Of a stretch of DNA of 64,000 nucleotides, positions 13,846-29,393 are shown piece after piece. How positions within the stretch are numbered: position 1 is the first letter of the stretch; every line of letters starts with the position of its first letter. The notes beneath the pieces are model-generated. The model saw nothing but the letters and a program-made list of their open reading frames with translations. It was not told the DNA's origin and ran no database searches. Source of the stretch: Eledone cirrhosa (taxonomy: Eukaryota); the NCBI GenBank assembly GCA_964016885.1, contig OZ024743.1:79856001-79920000 (forward strand), in the 5' to 3' direction. A program made the translations under genes and the position numbers.

Positions 13846-16800
13846 TTCTTTTACATATAACGGCTCTGTCTCGTACATTGACTTTATACAATACTATCAA
13901 AATACGACACGGTACAGGTGTGTTTCAGCACATACGTTCCGTGCTCTACGCAAATAATACTGCTCCCTCTGGTATAGCTAATAAATATAACCTACACATC
14001 CACTGGTGTATGCTTATATAAACTTGACAGTATGCTAACCAAAGACTACCAACCTTTGTCACTTAAGAACATACCCATCCCATCTAAGAATACATAAGAG
14101 AGGTTGCTCATTGCTAGTGTTAACTCTTTTGTCAAACGAATTAGGTGGAGGGCCTTCCACTTTGATAAGAACCGGGACAACTCCCGGCTAGTGACCCGTG
14201 AGATAAATATGGCTTTAGGACTTACAAGAATCCACCACATTACAGTTTGCTAGATGACTTTGAGAACGATTTTTTAACTCTGGTAAGGAATGTTAGATAC
14301 AGGAAAAATCATGTCGATACTAATAATTTCCGTAGAAACCTCAAATCTATAGTTAAGAAATTTGGCGATAATGACTCTATCCTAGTCCCATCAGATAAAA
14401 CTAAAAATATTAGCCTAGATTATATAACGTATCACAGATTCATTTATAAAGAACTCAATAAGAACTATAAAAAGACAACCTACACTAACCTGGATGAAAT
14501 AAATAAGGAGGGGCTCGATATTGTTAGAAAATTAAAACTAGAGAAGTATACCCAACCATTCACCCATAAGCAACCTAGGTTTACGCTAAAAGATCACAAG
14601 GAAGACTTTATTAGCAACCCTTCTGTTAGATTAATTAGCCCATCTAAGTCAGACATAGGGATCATAAGTAAGAAGATTTTAGACAGAGTCATAACAGTAA
14701 TTAGAAATAAAATTTACCTTAACCTGTGGGGAAATACGGAGGAAGAGATTAAATGGTTCTCCAGCATTAGAAACCATAAATCCCTTATGTTCGTCCAGTT
14801 TGATATTGATTCATATTACACATCTATATCTCCCATCCTTTTGAATAAGGCCCTTATCCTGGCCATGCAGAATAATGATCTAACAAGATCCCAAGTTGAT
14901 ATCGTTCTGGCCGCACGCAAAACTTTAATCCTATTTGAGGAACAATTATGGACCCGGAAAAACACAACTAACAACTTTGATATCACAATGGGATCTGGTG
15001 ATTCTGCACAGGTAACTGATTTAGTTGGACTTTACCTACTCCATGAGTTGCATAAGGCACTTCCGTATCTTCGCGGTCGTTTATACCGAGACGACGCCCT
15101 CCTTACCCTTGAGCAAAACAAATATAACATTGAAAGGGCAAAGAAGGACCTGCGTAAATTCTTTAAAGGTTTTAACCTTAGTATAACTATAGATAAGAAT
15201 AATAGAACAGTGAATTTCTTAGATGTAACACTTGACCTAGAAACACTTGACCTAGAAAATAAGATTTCCACACCTTATCATAAACCTAATGAGAGACTAA
15301 CATATATGAATGCTAATTCCAACCATCCTAAATCAGTACTGAATGCTATTATTGAAGGCGTATCTAAGAGGATCAGCCGTTTATATTGTAATGTAGACAT
15401 TTTCAACTCTAATGTTGAATATTATAACGAGGCACTAGCTAAGTCTGGCTATAGGAATAAACTATATTACGTACTTACTAGCCCCCAATCCACCCATGCT
15501 GCCCTAATAGTATAATTACGCATAATATGTCATTGAATAATAATAGTAATAGAAATAGGACTATGGATAAGACCCATACGGTGATTGATTCAGCCCGGCC
15601 CCGACGGAGTGGCCCTGTGGTGCATCCTCCACATACTCCTACTGGTGACACTAATAGCGGTATGATGAGATCTAGAATCTATACGCATCGTGATGTTTTT
15701 AGTGGGAGTATTGACCAAAATAATGTGGGAGTTTCACAGCAGGTTTATCGTGGCAATAATTTTGAGGACGGTAGGGGTAGTGATAGTTCTAATGTTAACC
15801 GGACTTTAGTGGGGGAAAATAGAAAAAATAGAAGAAGACTGAACACATTCTTTAACCCACCCTACAACTCGGAAGTCTTAACTAACATACCCAAAACCTT
15901 CTTCTTAATCCTAGAAAAGAATTAGATACCATAGTATATTTAATAAAAATACGATTAAATTATCTTACTCCACTACCCCAAACCTGGCCTACCACCTAGC
16001 ACGCACTAGTAATAGGAAAATTAGAGTAGGGTTCGAGGAAATCAAATCTGTAAATAACCGCCAACAACCTAACACATTGGGAAATGAGGTGCCTGTGTTT
16101 GCTAGCAACACTTCGGAAGAACACATTCCATATCGGGAGGGTTTTACCAACTGGCTCTCTCAAGACACGAACAACAACACACACCGAAAGTGTAATTGTA
16201 GACGGAGTGAAAATTGCCCTTTAAAAGGCAATTGCCTCATGAAAAACATGGTTTATGCATGTGATGTTGTAACAGCAACACCACCAATACATACGTGGGC
16301 TCTACTTCTACCTCATTTAAGACTATATACAACTCCCACAAATATACATTTAGATATGATAGGCTCAAGAATGCCACCTCCCTAGCTAAATATATTCATC
16401 TTTTTAAAAACAATAGTATAGATTATACACTTAATTGGAGGTTGGTGACTAAATCTACGCCCTACTGCCCCCCGAGCAAAACTTGTAACCTGTGCCTTCT
16501 AGAGTCTCACGCCGTAATATACTCTAGATGTAACTTGCTCAATAGGAAATCAGAGATATTCTCTTCTTGTATACACATGAATCTTAATTCCTTTTACCAA
16601 TTTAAGCCAATTACTTAGATCTGCCGAATAATCACTCTTCCCTATGCAGTCCCACTGCAGCAGGACCCCCTCGGTATGTAAGTTTTTATGACAGTGGGGA
16701 CTTCTGTTCCATTGCATTTGCAAGTTGCTTGTTATCAGCTGGTCTCCGGTGTGTCCCGCACACGGTGCGAATGTTTAAATCCCCTTGGGTGACCAGCATG

Positions 16801-16940
16801 TGACCTTCACTTAGTGGCTTCCATTCACCCACCGGCCACCGTGGTTGGGTAATAACACAACTCATCAGCCCCCAACTCGAGGGTTACTGGTGTACGTGGG
16901 TGTACGACTTACCCCAGTTAGGGCTAAGGATTCTTATTTA
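13846..16940 (+). mobile_element. Penelope-like element, near full-length and decayed (RT 14247-15515, Cys linker and GIY-YIG to 16618); architecture resembles the Hydra clade
   Basis: FDIDSYY, ITMGSGDSAQVTDLVGLYLL, LYRDD, VNFLDVT, PYHKPN. Linker CNCRRSENCPLKGNC. C-terminus CNLCLLE...LLNRKSE...CIH. The clade call is from recollection of motifs. Confidence 0.9.
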
Positions 16941-16974
16941 TTTATTTATTTACTTATTTGAGTATTTAGTCCCT

Positions 16975-17945
16975 GATCATTAGCATAACGTACTATGTAC
17001 TGTCTAACCTGATGGCGAATAATACTATATCGTATATGACAACCTATTGCTATTATGAAGAAGGCAATTGAGCTACTTGCCCCATCTGGCTTAGTCCCAC
17101 TAACCCATATGGGCATTTCTAATTCAATTGTTTGACTCTCCCTACTTCGGAACATGCATGCACTGCCCACTCCCCACACCTGGTAATCCAAGCCGTTCGT
17201 GCAGGGGTTGGGGACACAGTGCTTGCATATTAGGATTATTAGAATTCCCTCTACCATAGAACCTATATTTTATACTATCTGTTTGAACACTCCCCATAAT
17301 AGAAATAGTAAAGTTATTGGGCTTATTAACATATCATTAGGTAACCGAGTTTTAATTGTCTTTAGTATGACACACCTGACAATTCTGGAGGTCCATTAAT
17401 AATTAATATTTTTGTTTTTATTTGTACGAATCTTGTAGTATTAGTATGATTTATATGGATCGTTAGCGTAACGTCCTTAATATTGATGACGAATGATAAT
17501 GTATCATATATAACAACCTATTGCTATTACGAGGAAGGTAATTCCACTACTCGCCTCATTTGGCTTAGTCCCACAGACCCATATGGGCGTATCTAGTTCA
17601 ATTGTTAGACCCTCCCTAATACGGGACATGCGTACACTGCCCACTCCCCACACTTGGTAATACATGCAGGTCGTACCGGGGTTGAGAACACTGTGCTTGC
17701 ACCTTAGGATTTTGTGTGTTCCCTTTACCGTAGAATTTAAATTTTATACTTCTGTTTGAACCCAACCTGTTTGAACACTCCCCCATAATAGAATTAATAA
17801 TGCTATCATTGGGCTATTGACTTTTCATAAAGTAACCGAGTTTTAATAGTCTTTAGTATGACACACTTGACAATCCTGGAGGTCCATTAATAATTAATAA
17901 CAATATCATTTTTATTTGTACGAATCTTGTTGAATTAGTATTAGT
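16975..17945. repeat. Diverged two-copy tandem duplication, about 480-500 bp unit
   Basis: ACAACCTATTGCTATTA at about 17038 and 17512; CACTGCCCACTCCCCACAC at 17161 and 17635; GGAGGTCCATTAATAATTAATA at 17387 and 17878. Confidence 0.85.
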
Positions 17946-18989
17946 GATCACTATTTCTTACTTTTATTGATGTTATTGTTTTAATTATTCACTATCTAGT
18001 TAGTTTGTTACTGATGTTATTGTTCTGGTCTAACACCACTCTCCTATAAAAGCCATGCCTTGCGTATCATCCTCATATCCACGCACTCTGATGAATTGAC
18101 TGGTTGTAAACAAAGTATTGGAGATCGATTGACGCAACACCAGGCGATTGGCGAGCTCTAGACCGACCAGATCAACGAAACAATAGTCAGCACTGTGAAT
18201 AGCCCTTATTGTACAGCCAACCATGTTACTCATATTTCTTGAATTATTATTACTCGAAGTATAACCTACATAGAAATCACTGCGAACTCGGTGCATCACT
18301 ATGGAAGCGTCTTGTTGAGTCAAACGTAGCCATACGTTAAAACCATCCACAACACGGAGTACTCTAACTGGACAACCTCTAAGTGGATTACCTACAACGA
18401 TAACTTGTTATCCCGTAGGTTCTCCTACTTTCTTTCGCCCCCTCTGTCATGTCAGTTAACTCTTCCTCACACTTCCACTCACTCACTCACTGTTTCTCCT
18501 CTCCTCACTTCACCCCGTTCGCGAAGAAAGCAATTTCTCTCTTTTCTCACATTGCATTCGTTCGTGAAAGGTCTGTTTTCTAAGCGCTCATATATTCACC
18601 TAGCTTATGCTAACAGAATATCTATGAAGCTTGTCTCCTTCCTTCTACGGTTAGCTCTACTCTTTGTTGTTTTCTTGTCTCACTCGCTTTACGCGTTTTA
18701 TTTGTCCTAATAACTTAATTTAGTTATTATTGCACCGACGTGAGGTATATGATTTTTAATGCAATGAAATATCTATGATCGTCGGCAAATCACTGATGAG
18801 GGACTTATTTTATTACATGTTATCCATGTGCTACCAGCAGTATTTTTCTCCCCATTTTATTACATATATATATATATATATATATTGTGCAAAGACACCG
18901 CACGCCCTCCAAGTCAGTTAGGGGAGGGGGTTTAACGTGCTCTGATGTTGGGTTTGAATAGTTTATAGGATTCCCCAGTTCAGCAGCCA

Positions 18990-20359
<1,370 letters not shown>

Positions 20360-20397
20360 ACTGTGAGAAAAACCACATACCCTCCATCTCAACTCTA

Positions 20398-20433
20398 CTT
20401 TTGAAAAGCAGAAGAACTGCGAAACCGGGAAAG
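20398..20433 (+). ncRNA. Minimal hammerhead (U3-A8); second copy of the 12107 family with mutated cleavage triplet
   Basis: CTT-TTGAAAA-GCAG aagaa CTGC-GAAA-CCGG-GA-AAG. 20362-20508 is the reverse complement of 12038-12179. Confidence 0.65.
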
Positions 20434-20503
20434 GAACCAAATAAATATATATATTTTTAAAAAAAATAAGACTCCAGTTGCATTTTCGATTTCATCTCTT
20501 TTT

Positions 20504-20546
<43 letters not shown>

Positions 20547-20758
20547 TTAAAACAATGAAATAAAAAATCAAGTCATTTGAAATATACTTCAATTTCTAAT
20601 GACTTGATTTTTTTATTTCATTGTTTTAACTTATATCATGACTCTGTTTTCCTTTTAATGTTATATTGTTTTCCGGGATTTATTTTAACCTACATTTTCA
20701 ACATATGGATTACATTGAGTTCTTCATGCAGACTAGACGCCACAACTTACCGTGGATA

Positions 20759-20831
<73 letters not shown>

Positions 20832-21011
20832 TGAGAGAGTGAGCGAGAGAGGTAGAACACTCGAAGGTAATATCCGTAGTGGTAGATCACTCAGTTCGTG
20901 GGACGAGTTAGGTAGAAGTGGTAATACAACAGTTAGTTGACCATACCGGCAACAATTGTTCTCGGTATGGTGAACTAACTGTTGTGTTACCACTTATATA
21001 AATATATATAC

Positions 21012-21069
<58 letters not shown>

Positions 21070-21193
21070 GTAATCTGAGTTTTTCGAATATTAATAATAA
21101 TATTCGATTCGTTTGCATTTATGCAAACAAGCCTCATTTTTAAAGCCATGTCAGTAGAATGAGCCCTTCATTCTAGCTTTTGTGTTGGCATGT

Positions 21194-21241
21194 AACTGCA
21201 GTCACTAATGTTTCTGGGTATTACCCTTCATCAGTACAGTT
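21194..21241 (-). ncRNA. Type-I hammerhead ribozyme, U16.1 mutated
   Basis: Minus strand AACTGTA-CTGATGA-a-GGGT aat ACCC-a-GAAA-CATTAGTG-AC-TGCAGTT; 7-bp stem I. Confidence 0.78.
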
Positions 21242-21302
21242 GATTGTTCACCTGCCAACTGTCAGAGCTAGTGATAATATATGATATTTCCTAAAATATA
21301 CA

Positions 21303-22140
21303 GTGACTGATCGGCCTGATTTGCATATTAGCAGACTGGCTGATCAGTGAGATCTGCATATTAGCAGACTGGCTGATCAGTGAGATCTGCATATTACCAG
21401 ACTGGCTGATCAGTGAGATCTGCATATTAGCAGACTGGCTGATCAGTGAGATCTGCATATTAGCAGACTGGCTGATCAGTGAGATCTGCATATCAGCAGA
21501 CTGGCTGATCAGTGAGATCTGCATATTAGCAGACTGGCTGATCAGTGAGATCTGCATATTAGCAGACCGGCTGATCAGTGAGATCTGCATATCAGCAGAC
21601 TGGCTGATCAGTGAGATCTGCATATTAGCAGACTGGCTGATCAGTGAGATCTGCATATTAGCAGACTGGCTGATCAGTGAGATCTGCATATTAGCAGACT
21701 GGCTGATCAGTGAGATCTGCATATTAGCAGACCGGCTGATCAGTGAGATCTGCATATCAGCAGACTGGCTGATCAGTGAGATCTGCATATTAGCAGACTG
21801 GCTGATCAGTGAGATCTGCATATTAGCAGACTGGCTGATCAGTGAGATCTGCATATCAGCAGACTGGCTGATCAGTGAGATCTGCATATTAGCAGACTGG
21901 CTGATCAGTGAGATCTGCATATTAGCAGACCGGCTGATCAGTGAGATCTGCATATCAGCAGACTGGCTGATCAGTGAGATCTGCATATCAGCAGACTGGC
22001 TGATCAGTGAGATCTCCATATCAGCAGACTGGCTGATCAGTGAGATCTGCATATCAGCAGACTGGCTGATCAGTGAGATCTGCATATCAGCAGACTGGCT
22101 GATCAGTGAGATCTCCATATCAGCAGACTGGCCGGTCAGT
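21303..22140. repeat. 33-bp minisatellite, about 25 near-identical copies
   Basis: Unit GCAGACTGGCTGATCAGTGAGATCTGCATATTA; produces the 11-aa repeat in ORF 21291-22277. Confidence 0.97.
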
Positions 22141-22259
22141 CTCCTGTCTACCAGCGATAAATGGCCGGCTTTGCCACATTGAAATAAACAAAAAAAATTA
22201 CGCTCTACATGGCTGAATACAATAATTGTAATCTCAGTTTTTCGAATATTAATAATAAT

Positions 22260-22359
22260 TGTTTCTACTTTTGGCACAAGGCCAGCAATTATACCAGTAC
22301 ATTACTGGTACTTTATTTTATCGCCCCCGTAAGGATGAAAGGCAAAGTTAACAAGGGCG
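22260..22359 (-). mobile_element. 5'-truncated SINE with AATAATAAT target-site duplication
   Basis: Reverse complement of the SINE 3' half. AATAATAAT at 22251-22259 and 22360-22368. The uninterrupted site is visible at about 21093. Confidence 0.85.
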
Positions 22360-22447
22360 AATAATAATATTCGATTAGTTTGCAATTATGCAAATAAGCC
22401 TCATTTTTAAAGCCATGTCGGTAGAATGTGCCCCTCATTCTTGCTCT

Positions 22448-22721
<274 letters not shown>

Positions 22722-23139
22722 TTTTATTGTGGCTAAATACTGAATCTTGTTACTCAGCAATGTTGCTTTTTGTATGTGTGTAAGCACGCACACACTTACA
22801 CACACACTGACACATACACACACACACACACACAGTTGCCTCCCTTTGGAGATATCATCACCTTGTCATGAACGCTAGACATGATGGCGGTGTTTTGGAC
22901 CATAGTATGTAATATAATGACAGACAGTATAATATAGCTACGTTGATACTAATGGAATACTAAGCCTAGTTACTAGGTGTCTGACCAGTCAACTGTCTGC
23001 ACCAATACCAGATGCATTTTTCAATTATTTAATGCACCAACTGCACTTTAGCTGCACATTATTTCAATGGCAGGTATTATGTCTAATGCTTACCATTGAT
23101 GTCATTGAATATTATATTATCGATATTACATTTGCTTCC

Positions 23140-23178
<39 letters not shown>

Positions 23179-23888
23179 CACACGCAGACATTACATAGAT
23201 ATACACACATACATACACATACACACACATACACACATTTATATATACAGACATAGATACATATACATATACACACATACACACACACACATATATATAT
23301 ACACACGCAGACATTACATACATATACACACACATACACATACACACACACATTTGTATATACAGACATAGATACATATACATATACACACATACACTAC
23401 ACACACATATACACATAGACATAGATACATATACATATACATAGATACACAAACACACACATATACATAGACACAGATACATGTACATATACACATATAT
23501 TTATAGATCCACATACTTATATACATAGACATAGATACGTATACACATATATATAGATACACATACATATATACATAGACATAGATACATATACACACAT
23601 ATATATATATATATATAGATACACATACATATATACATAGACATAGATATACGCACATATACAGATACACATACATATATATATAGACATATATACGTAT
23701 ACACACACATATATAGATACACCTACATATATACATATACATAGATATACACACATATACAGATAGATATAGGGATAAATACCTATGTAGTGATGGGTAT
23801 ATATCACAGAGAGAGAGAGGGGGAAAGAGAGAGAGAGAAGAAAAGAGGGATTGATACAGTTATAGATATATTTATATATATATGTAGG

Positions 23889-23920
<32 letters not shown>

Positions 23921-24021
23921 CGTGCGTATGTATTTATTAACATATACATATATATGCATTCATTTATCATGTCTAAGAAGTGAGTCTTATTACTCTAGAG
24001 TATCACCTGTGCACTCGTAGG

Positions 24022-24052
<31 letters not shown>

Positions 24053-24078
24053 TGTATGTATGTATGTATGTATGTATG

Positions 24079-24128
<50 letters not shown>

Positions 24129-24764
24129 CATATACATATTTATTTATAGATACACACATATATATGTACACATATAAATATACCTACATATACATACACA
24201 CACACATATACATACACACATACACACATATATATATATAAATATATATACATATATATGGAGAGAGAGAGAGAGAAAGAGAGAGAGATAGATGAGTAGA
24301 TCTATATAGGTATATAACGCTGTGAGAGTGTATTTGTGTGAATTAAGATACGATTTGGCGGAATCGTTGGAGCGAAGGACAAGACGCCATATTGTATTTG
24401 TTCCGTCACATTGAGTCCTGAGTTCAAGTCTCTGTATGTCCTGATCACTGTTGGTCCAGTCTGGAAGGTGTCCATGTCAGATGCTTCTAGATGCTAAATT
24501 GAATCCAACGTCCTGTTTAACATCACTATATGACCCTTGAATCTGTTTAATGGCGACTTTGAATGGAAACATGATAATCACTTTTTACCTCACTAAACAC
24601 ACACACATACACACACACACACACACATACACACACAGACACAGCCTCCTTAGACATACACATGTGCACACGTATGTACACACACACACACACATACACA
24701 CACATACACACACATACACACACAGACACAACCTCCTTAGACATACACATGTGCACACGTATGT

Positions 24765-24796
<32 letters not shown>

Positions 24797-25737
24797 ACAG
24801 ACACTTAAACACACACACATCTTCCTCTCCCGTCAGACATACACACATGCACACACATGCACAAACACGCACATTCATACACACACACATCTACCTCTCC
24901 TCTCAGTCATACATACATGCATACGTTTGCACAAGCACGCACATTCATACACACAGACACACACATCTTCCTCTCCCCTCAAACATACATATATGCACAA
25001 ACACGCACATTCATACACACATACACACACACATACGTCTTGCTCTCCCCTCAAACATACACATATGTACACACACGCACATCCATACAGACACAATACA
25101 CACACGCACATCCATACAGACGCACACGCGCTCAGACGCACATATTTGGAAAAGATAGATAATACTTTCTCATGGCTGTTATATTTTTAATATTTAATCA
25201 AGGATTCTTTTCATTTCTAACACACACACTCACACACACACACATACACACACAAACACACACACAACACAAACACACACACACACAAACACATACATAC
25301 ATACACACACACACATACACACACACAAACACACATACACACACATACACACTCACAGACACACACACACACACACTCACACAGACACACAAACACACAC
25401 ACATACACCCACACATACACACACAAACACACACACTCAACACAAACACACACACAAACAGACACACACACATACACACACGCATACACACTCACAGGCA
25501 CACACTCACAGACACACGTTCACAGACACACATGCACACATATATATCCGTATCTTATTCATGACTGAGAGAAAGGAGTATTCAATACCGAAGCAGAGTT
25601 TTGATATTCATTTTATTAAGCCAAAAAATTGAGTCGTGTTAGTCTGTCATATACAGAGGGAACTCCAGAATAACAAGACTCGCAGTGTAGACTTAATTAT
25701 AATGAACACACACACACACACACATACACACACACCA

Positions 25738-25764
<27 letters not shown>

Positions 25765-25768
<4 letters not shown>

Positions 25769-25999
25769 TATTCAGAATATTAATAAATGAAGACATTCAC
25801 ATAATCAAAATATATGTTTTATTATATATTTTTCGAAGGTATTGTGCTGTTTTTTCAATATGAGGTATGTCATACATCAATTCATGTATTTTATCTGACG
25901 ACGACGTACTGAAAAAACGGCACAGTACCTTCGAAATATATATATAATAAAATATATATGTATATGAATGTCTTCATTTATTAATATTCTGAATAATAT
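25765..25999. repeat. Fold-back inverted repeat containing an HHR (25887-25954, + strand)
   Basis: Arms of about 95 bp. TATTTTAT-CTGACGA-cgac-GTACTG...CAGTAC-cttc-GAAA-TATATATA-TA-ATAAAATA; base of stem II mismatched. Confidence 0.75.
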
Positions 26000-26089
26000 T
26001 AATAACTCCAGAAAACTTTTGCTGTAGAGTGCTTTTAATCTATTGTAAACTATATTCACTGAGTAATCAATGAACCATATTAGTATTTG

Positions 26090-26142
<53 letters not shown>

Positions 26143-26480
26143 AGTTGAGGAGACTAGCATGGGTATCACTGCTAGTGCTTGTTACATCTAGGCTTGTTAC
26201 AATAGGTAATGTTAAACAAAATCCCTGAGTAGACACATAGTCTGGTTTCAGCCACACTTAATGAAGTGCACAGCATTCACTGTCAGCATTTATCATGCAA
26301 CAATGCACAATCGGCGCATGTGGCTTCATCAGCGGGGTTCACCTAACCAATAACCAATCGATCGACAGAATTCGATTCCACTCCGTGTCGGCTATCACAG
26401 TGAATGTGACGGTCAATGGTGAAAAGGTTTGCTCAACACAGAAGCCGAAGCCACTTGGTGCCGCGGTCGTGATTTACCCC

Positions 26481-26537
<57 letters not shown>

Positions 26538-26796
26538 TATCTATATCCCCCCTCTCTCTCTCCCCCTCTCTCTCGCTGTATATATATATCATCATTTACA
26601 CATATGTGTTGAATTAATATTGAATATGCTCCGAAATCATTAGACGTGTCCGTCGAACCTGCGGGTCCAGAATCAGACAGATCCACACAATGATCGCGTC
26701 TCGAGCTGTCCGCCGGAGAAACAATTGTAACACACAATGAATTGAGTTCAGAAGCATCACTGATTTTTCGTTTTCTATTATATATATATATATATA

Positions 26797-27540
26797 ATGC
26801 CAATCATTGCAAGTTTGCATCTGACATGCAAAAACATATATATATATGAATAAAGTAAGCCCAAATCATAGACCAAATCATAGTAGATTCAAATATCACA
26901 GAGAGGGAGAGAGAGGGGGGGAATGAGGTGGAAATGAAACATGGATTACAGGTTAAAATATAGTCTAGATAGATGTGAAACAAAACGAGGATGTAGTTGA
27001 CGGAACACCCAAATGATATAGAAGTCGACCTTAAGTAGGAGCAATAACATTAAGAAAGATATATATAAGGTTTATAAGTATGAGTTTTCATAAGATTTTC
27101 GTAGTTGTCCCTCTGGCCTAGTGGTAGGTATTAGAGACGATGAAGATCTTGTCCTTGGGTTCTATCCTGGTCAACAGGTACATGTAAACTATTTCAGTTT
27201 TTATTTTACAACTCATAGAAAAAAACCCGGAAGAATGGTTTACCGAGAATCCTACTGCCGACCAAGATCGATCTTCGGACCAGGATCACCGCCGTTTATG
27301 ACTCTTCCAACTAGGCCATCGAGACAGCTACAAAACTATAATGAAAATTGATAATTATAAACCTACTTTCAAAATCAGAGTTAAAAAGATGTGGTGTAGT
27401 TCATGGCTTTCCTAGAGCTAATAGTAATATTTAGAGACGACTTTTTACTTACTCTTCTGGCACTTTGGTAACAACTCTATTATTTCTATATGTGTTTAAA
27501 TGTTCAATTAATTTAATTTGATTATTTTAGTACACAAATA
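26797..27540. repeat. Locally multicopy composite repeat with internal inverted tRNA-like arms; other copies about 29594-30449, 33597-34160, 37041-37325
   Basis: Shared start GCCAATCATTG(C/T)AAGTTTGCATCTGA and shared end TTTGATTATTTTAGTA. Arms about 27068-27171 and 27260-27364. Confidence 0.8.
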
Positions 27541-27552
27541 ACACACACACAC

Positions 27553-27720
<168 letters not shown>

Positions 27721-27913
27721 GATAACAAATCATCGTTTTAGGTAATCCAGTATTGTGCATAGTTTCAACGTAAGGCGTTGTTTTACTAAACAAGAGGTTT
27801 CCATAGTTAGGTAGCGAGTTTGCGAGAATTCCCATGCAGGTTATTCTTGGAGTAATAATAGTGAAATATTGAAGAATAACATGGTCATCTATTCAAAAAG
27901 GGGTTTATTTCAA

Positions 27914-28006
27914 TTATTGACAATTGTTTCATTGATCAGGTGAGTCTAAAGGCCGCTAATCACTCGAAATTGCGTCACTCGACCTCTGATCAAATCATCG
28001 GAATAC
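27914..28006 (-). ncRNA. Hammerhead motif with long stem II and CCGAUGA core
   Basis: Minus strand GTATT-CCGATGA-t-TTGATCA...TGATCAA-t-GAAA-CAATTG-TC-AATA. Confidence 0.65.
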
Positions 28007-29020
28007 TGGAGGTTTTACATATGGCATTGGTATATATAGAGATACAACGGAGAATCAAAACAATAAAATCAATAATAAAATATAATGATAAAGAGGTAAA
28101 GAAGATAGAATGAAGATGGTACAGATGTAAAAAATAAGTACAGAATGCGATTGCTGATAATAGTGGTGGTAGTGAGTCAATGGATGTGTAATTCTGGCAG
28201 CTTAAGGACACAAACCAGGGATATGGGATTAGCTGGTCGAAATTATCGGGAGCAAGGGCCTACAACAACTGAATGTCCCACTGCGGACTTTGCAATATGG
28301 AGCTGTTCCATATTTTAAAGTACGATAAAATGCTGCTTAACAGCACAATAGAAAGATCAATTTTCTGTAGGCACAAAGCAGCTACCAAGTTCGCAAATTT
28401 CAAACCAAGATGACTCGATCCAGCAATCTCAAAATTCGAGCTGAACCACCCGGATTTTAATGTACTGACTACATACCACCCCACTGTTATTAGCTGTCAA
28501 CTCACCGACTGGTCACTAGATCAACATCATAAATCACCTAACATTTCTTTCACTCTCTCTCTCCCTAAAGCCACATCAACCCCATTAAGATAAGACAATC
28601 AGCATGCCTGACTTTTACCACACACACATATATCAAAACTCTCCATCTCAATTCTTATCCTCCATCTACCTATCTACTCCTTCCCCATCCTTAGCCCTAC
28701 CCCTTATGTCTCATCATCATGTCTCTTCCCTTCTCACTTAATTTTTAGTTTATTATTTTTTATCTTTTATCTGTCATTTGTTACTATTTTTTATTTTCTA
28801 CTCTAACCCTCTGAGATTTGACCACTACGTATATATGTATGTATTTGATGTTGCTCTTCATGTTAGTATTATCTTTACACATACACTTACTCACTAACAC
28901 CACAATTATCAGCAATCACATTCTGTACTTATTATTATTTTACTTATTTTTTACATCTGTACCTTCGTCATTCTATCTTCTTTACCTCCTTATTATTATC
29001 TTTTAATATTTATGTTAAGG

Positions 29021-29330
29021 GTTGAGTTCAAATCCCGCTGAGGTTGACTTTGCCTTTCATCCTTACGGGGTCGATAAAATAAAGTACCACTGGGTATTTG
29101 CTGGCCTTGTGCCAAAAGTAGAAACAATTATTTATGTTAAGAGCGGTGAATTGGCAGTATCGGTGGAGGGTCGGACGCCATGCTTTCCAGCATAGTTACG
29201 TCCCTTTACGATCTGAGTACAAATCCCGCCGAGGTTGACTTTGCCTTTCATCGTTACGGGGTCGATAAAATAAAGTACCACTAATGCACTGGGTAATTGC
29301 TGGCCTTGTGCCTAAAGTAGAAACAATTAT
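29021..29330 (+). mobile_element. Two tandem tRNA-derived SINE copies (truncated 29021-29128; full about 29141-29327)
   Basis: Same sequence as 2168-2345. TATTTATGTTA occurs before, between and after the copies. Confidence 0.88.
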
Positions 29331-29393
29331 TTATGTTATTGTTTTGATTCTCCGTTGTATCTCTCTATATACCAATGACATGTAAAACCTCTA

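Noticed and set aside
21291-22277. 328-aa ORF with 11-aa repeats, or a CRISPR-like array
   Set aside because: The repeats are head-to-tail with no unique spacers. The ORF start lies in an inserted SINE and the frame stays open only because the unit is 33 bp.
26605-26735. HHR-like 3' half GAAA-CAATTG-TA-ACACA
   Set aside because: No acceptable CUGANGA or UUGANAA core adjacent to a matching stem; at most a decayed remnant, so it was not counted.
28270-28272. In-frame TGA in the PLE endonuclease remnant as a possible selenocysteine codon
   Set aside because: Single decayed copy, not at a conserved Cys position, and a CGA-to-TGA change is the simpler explanation.
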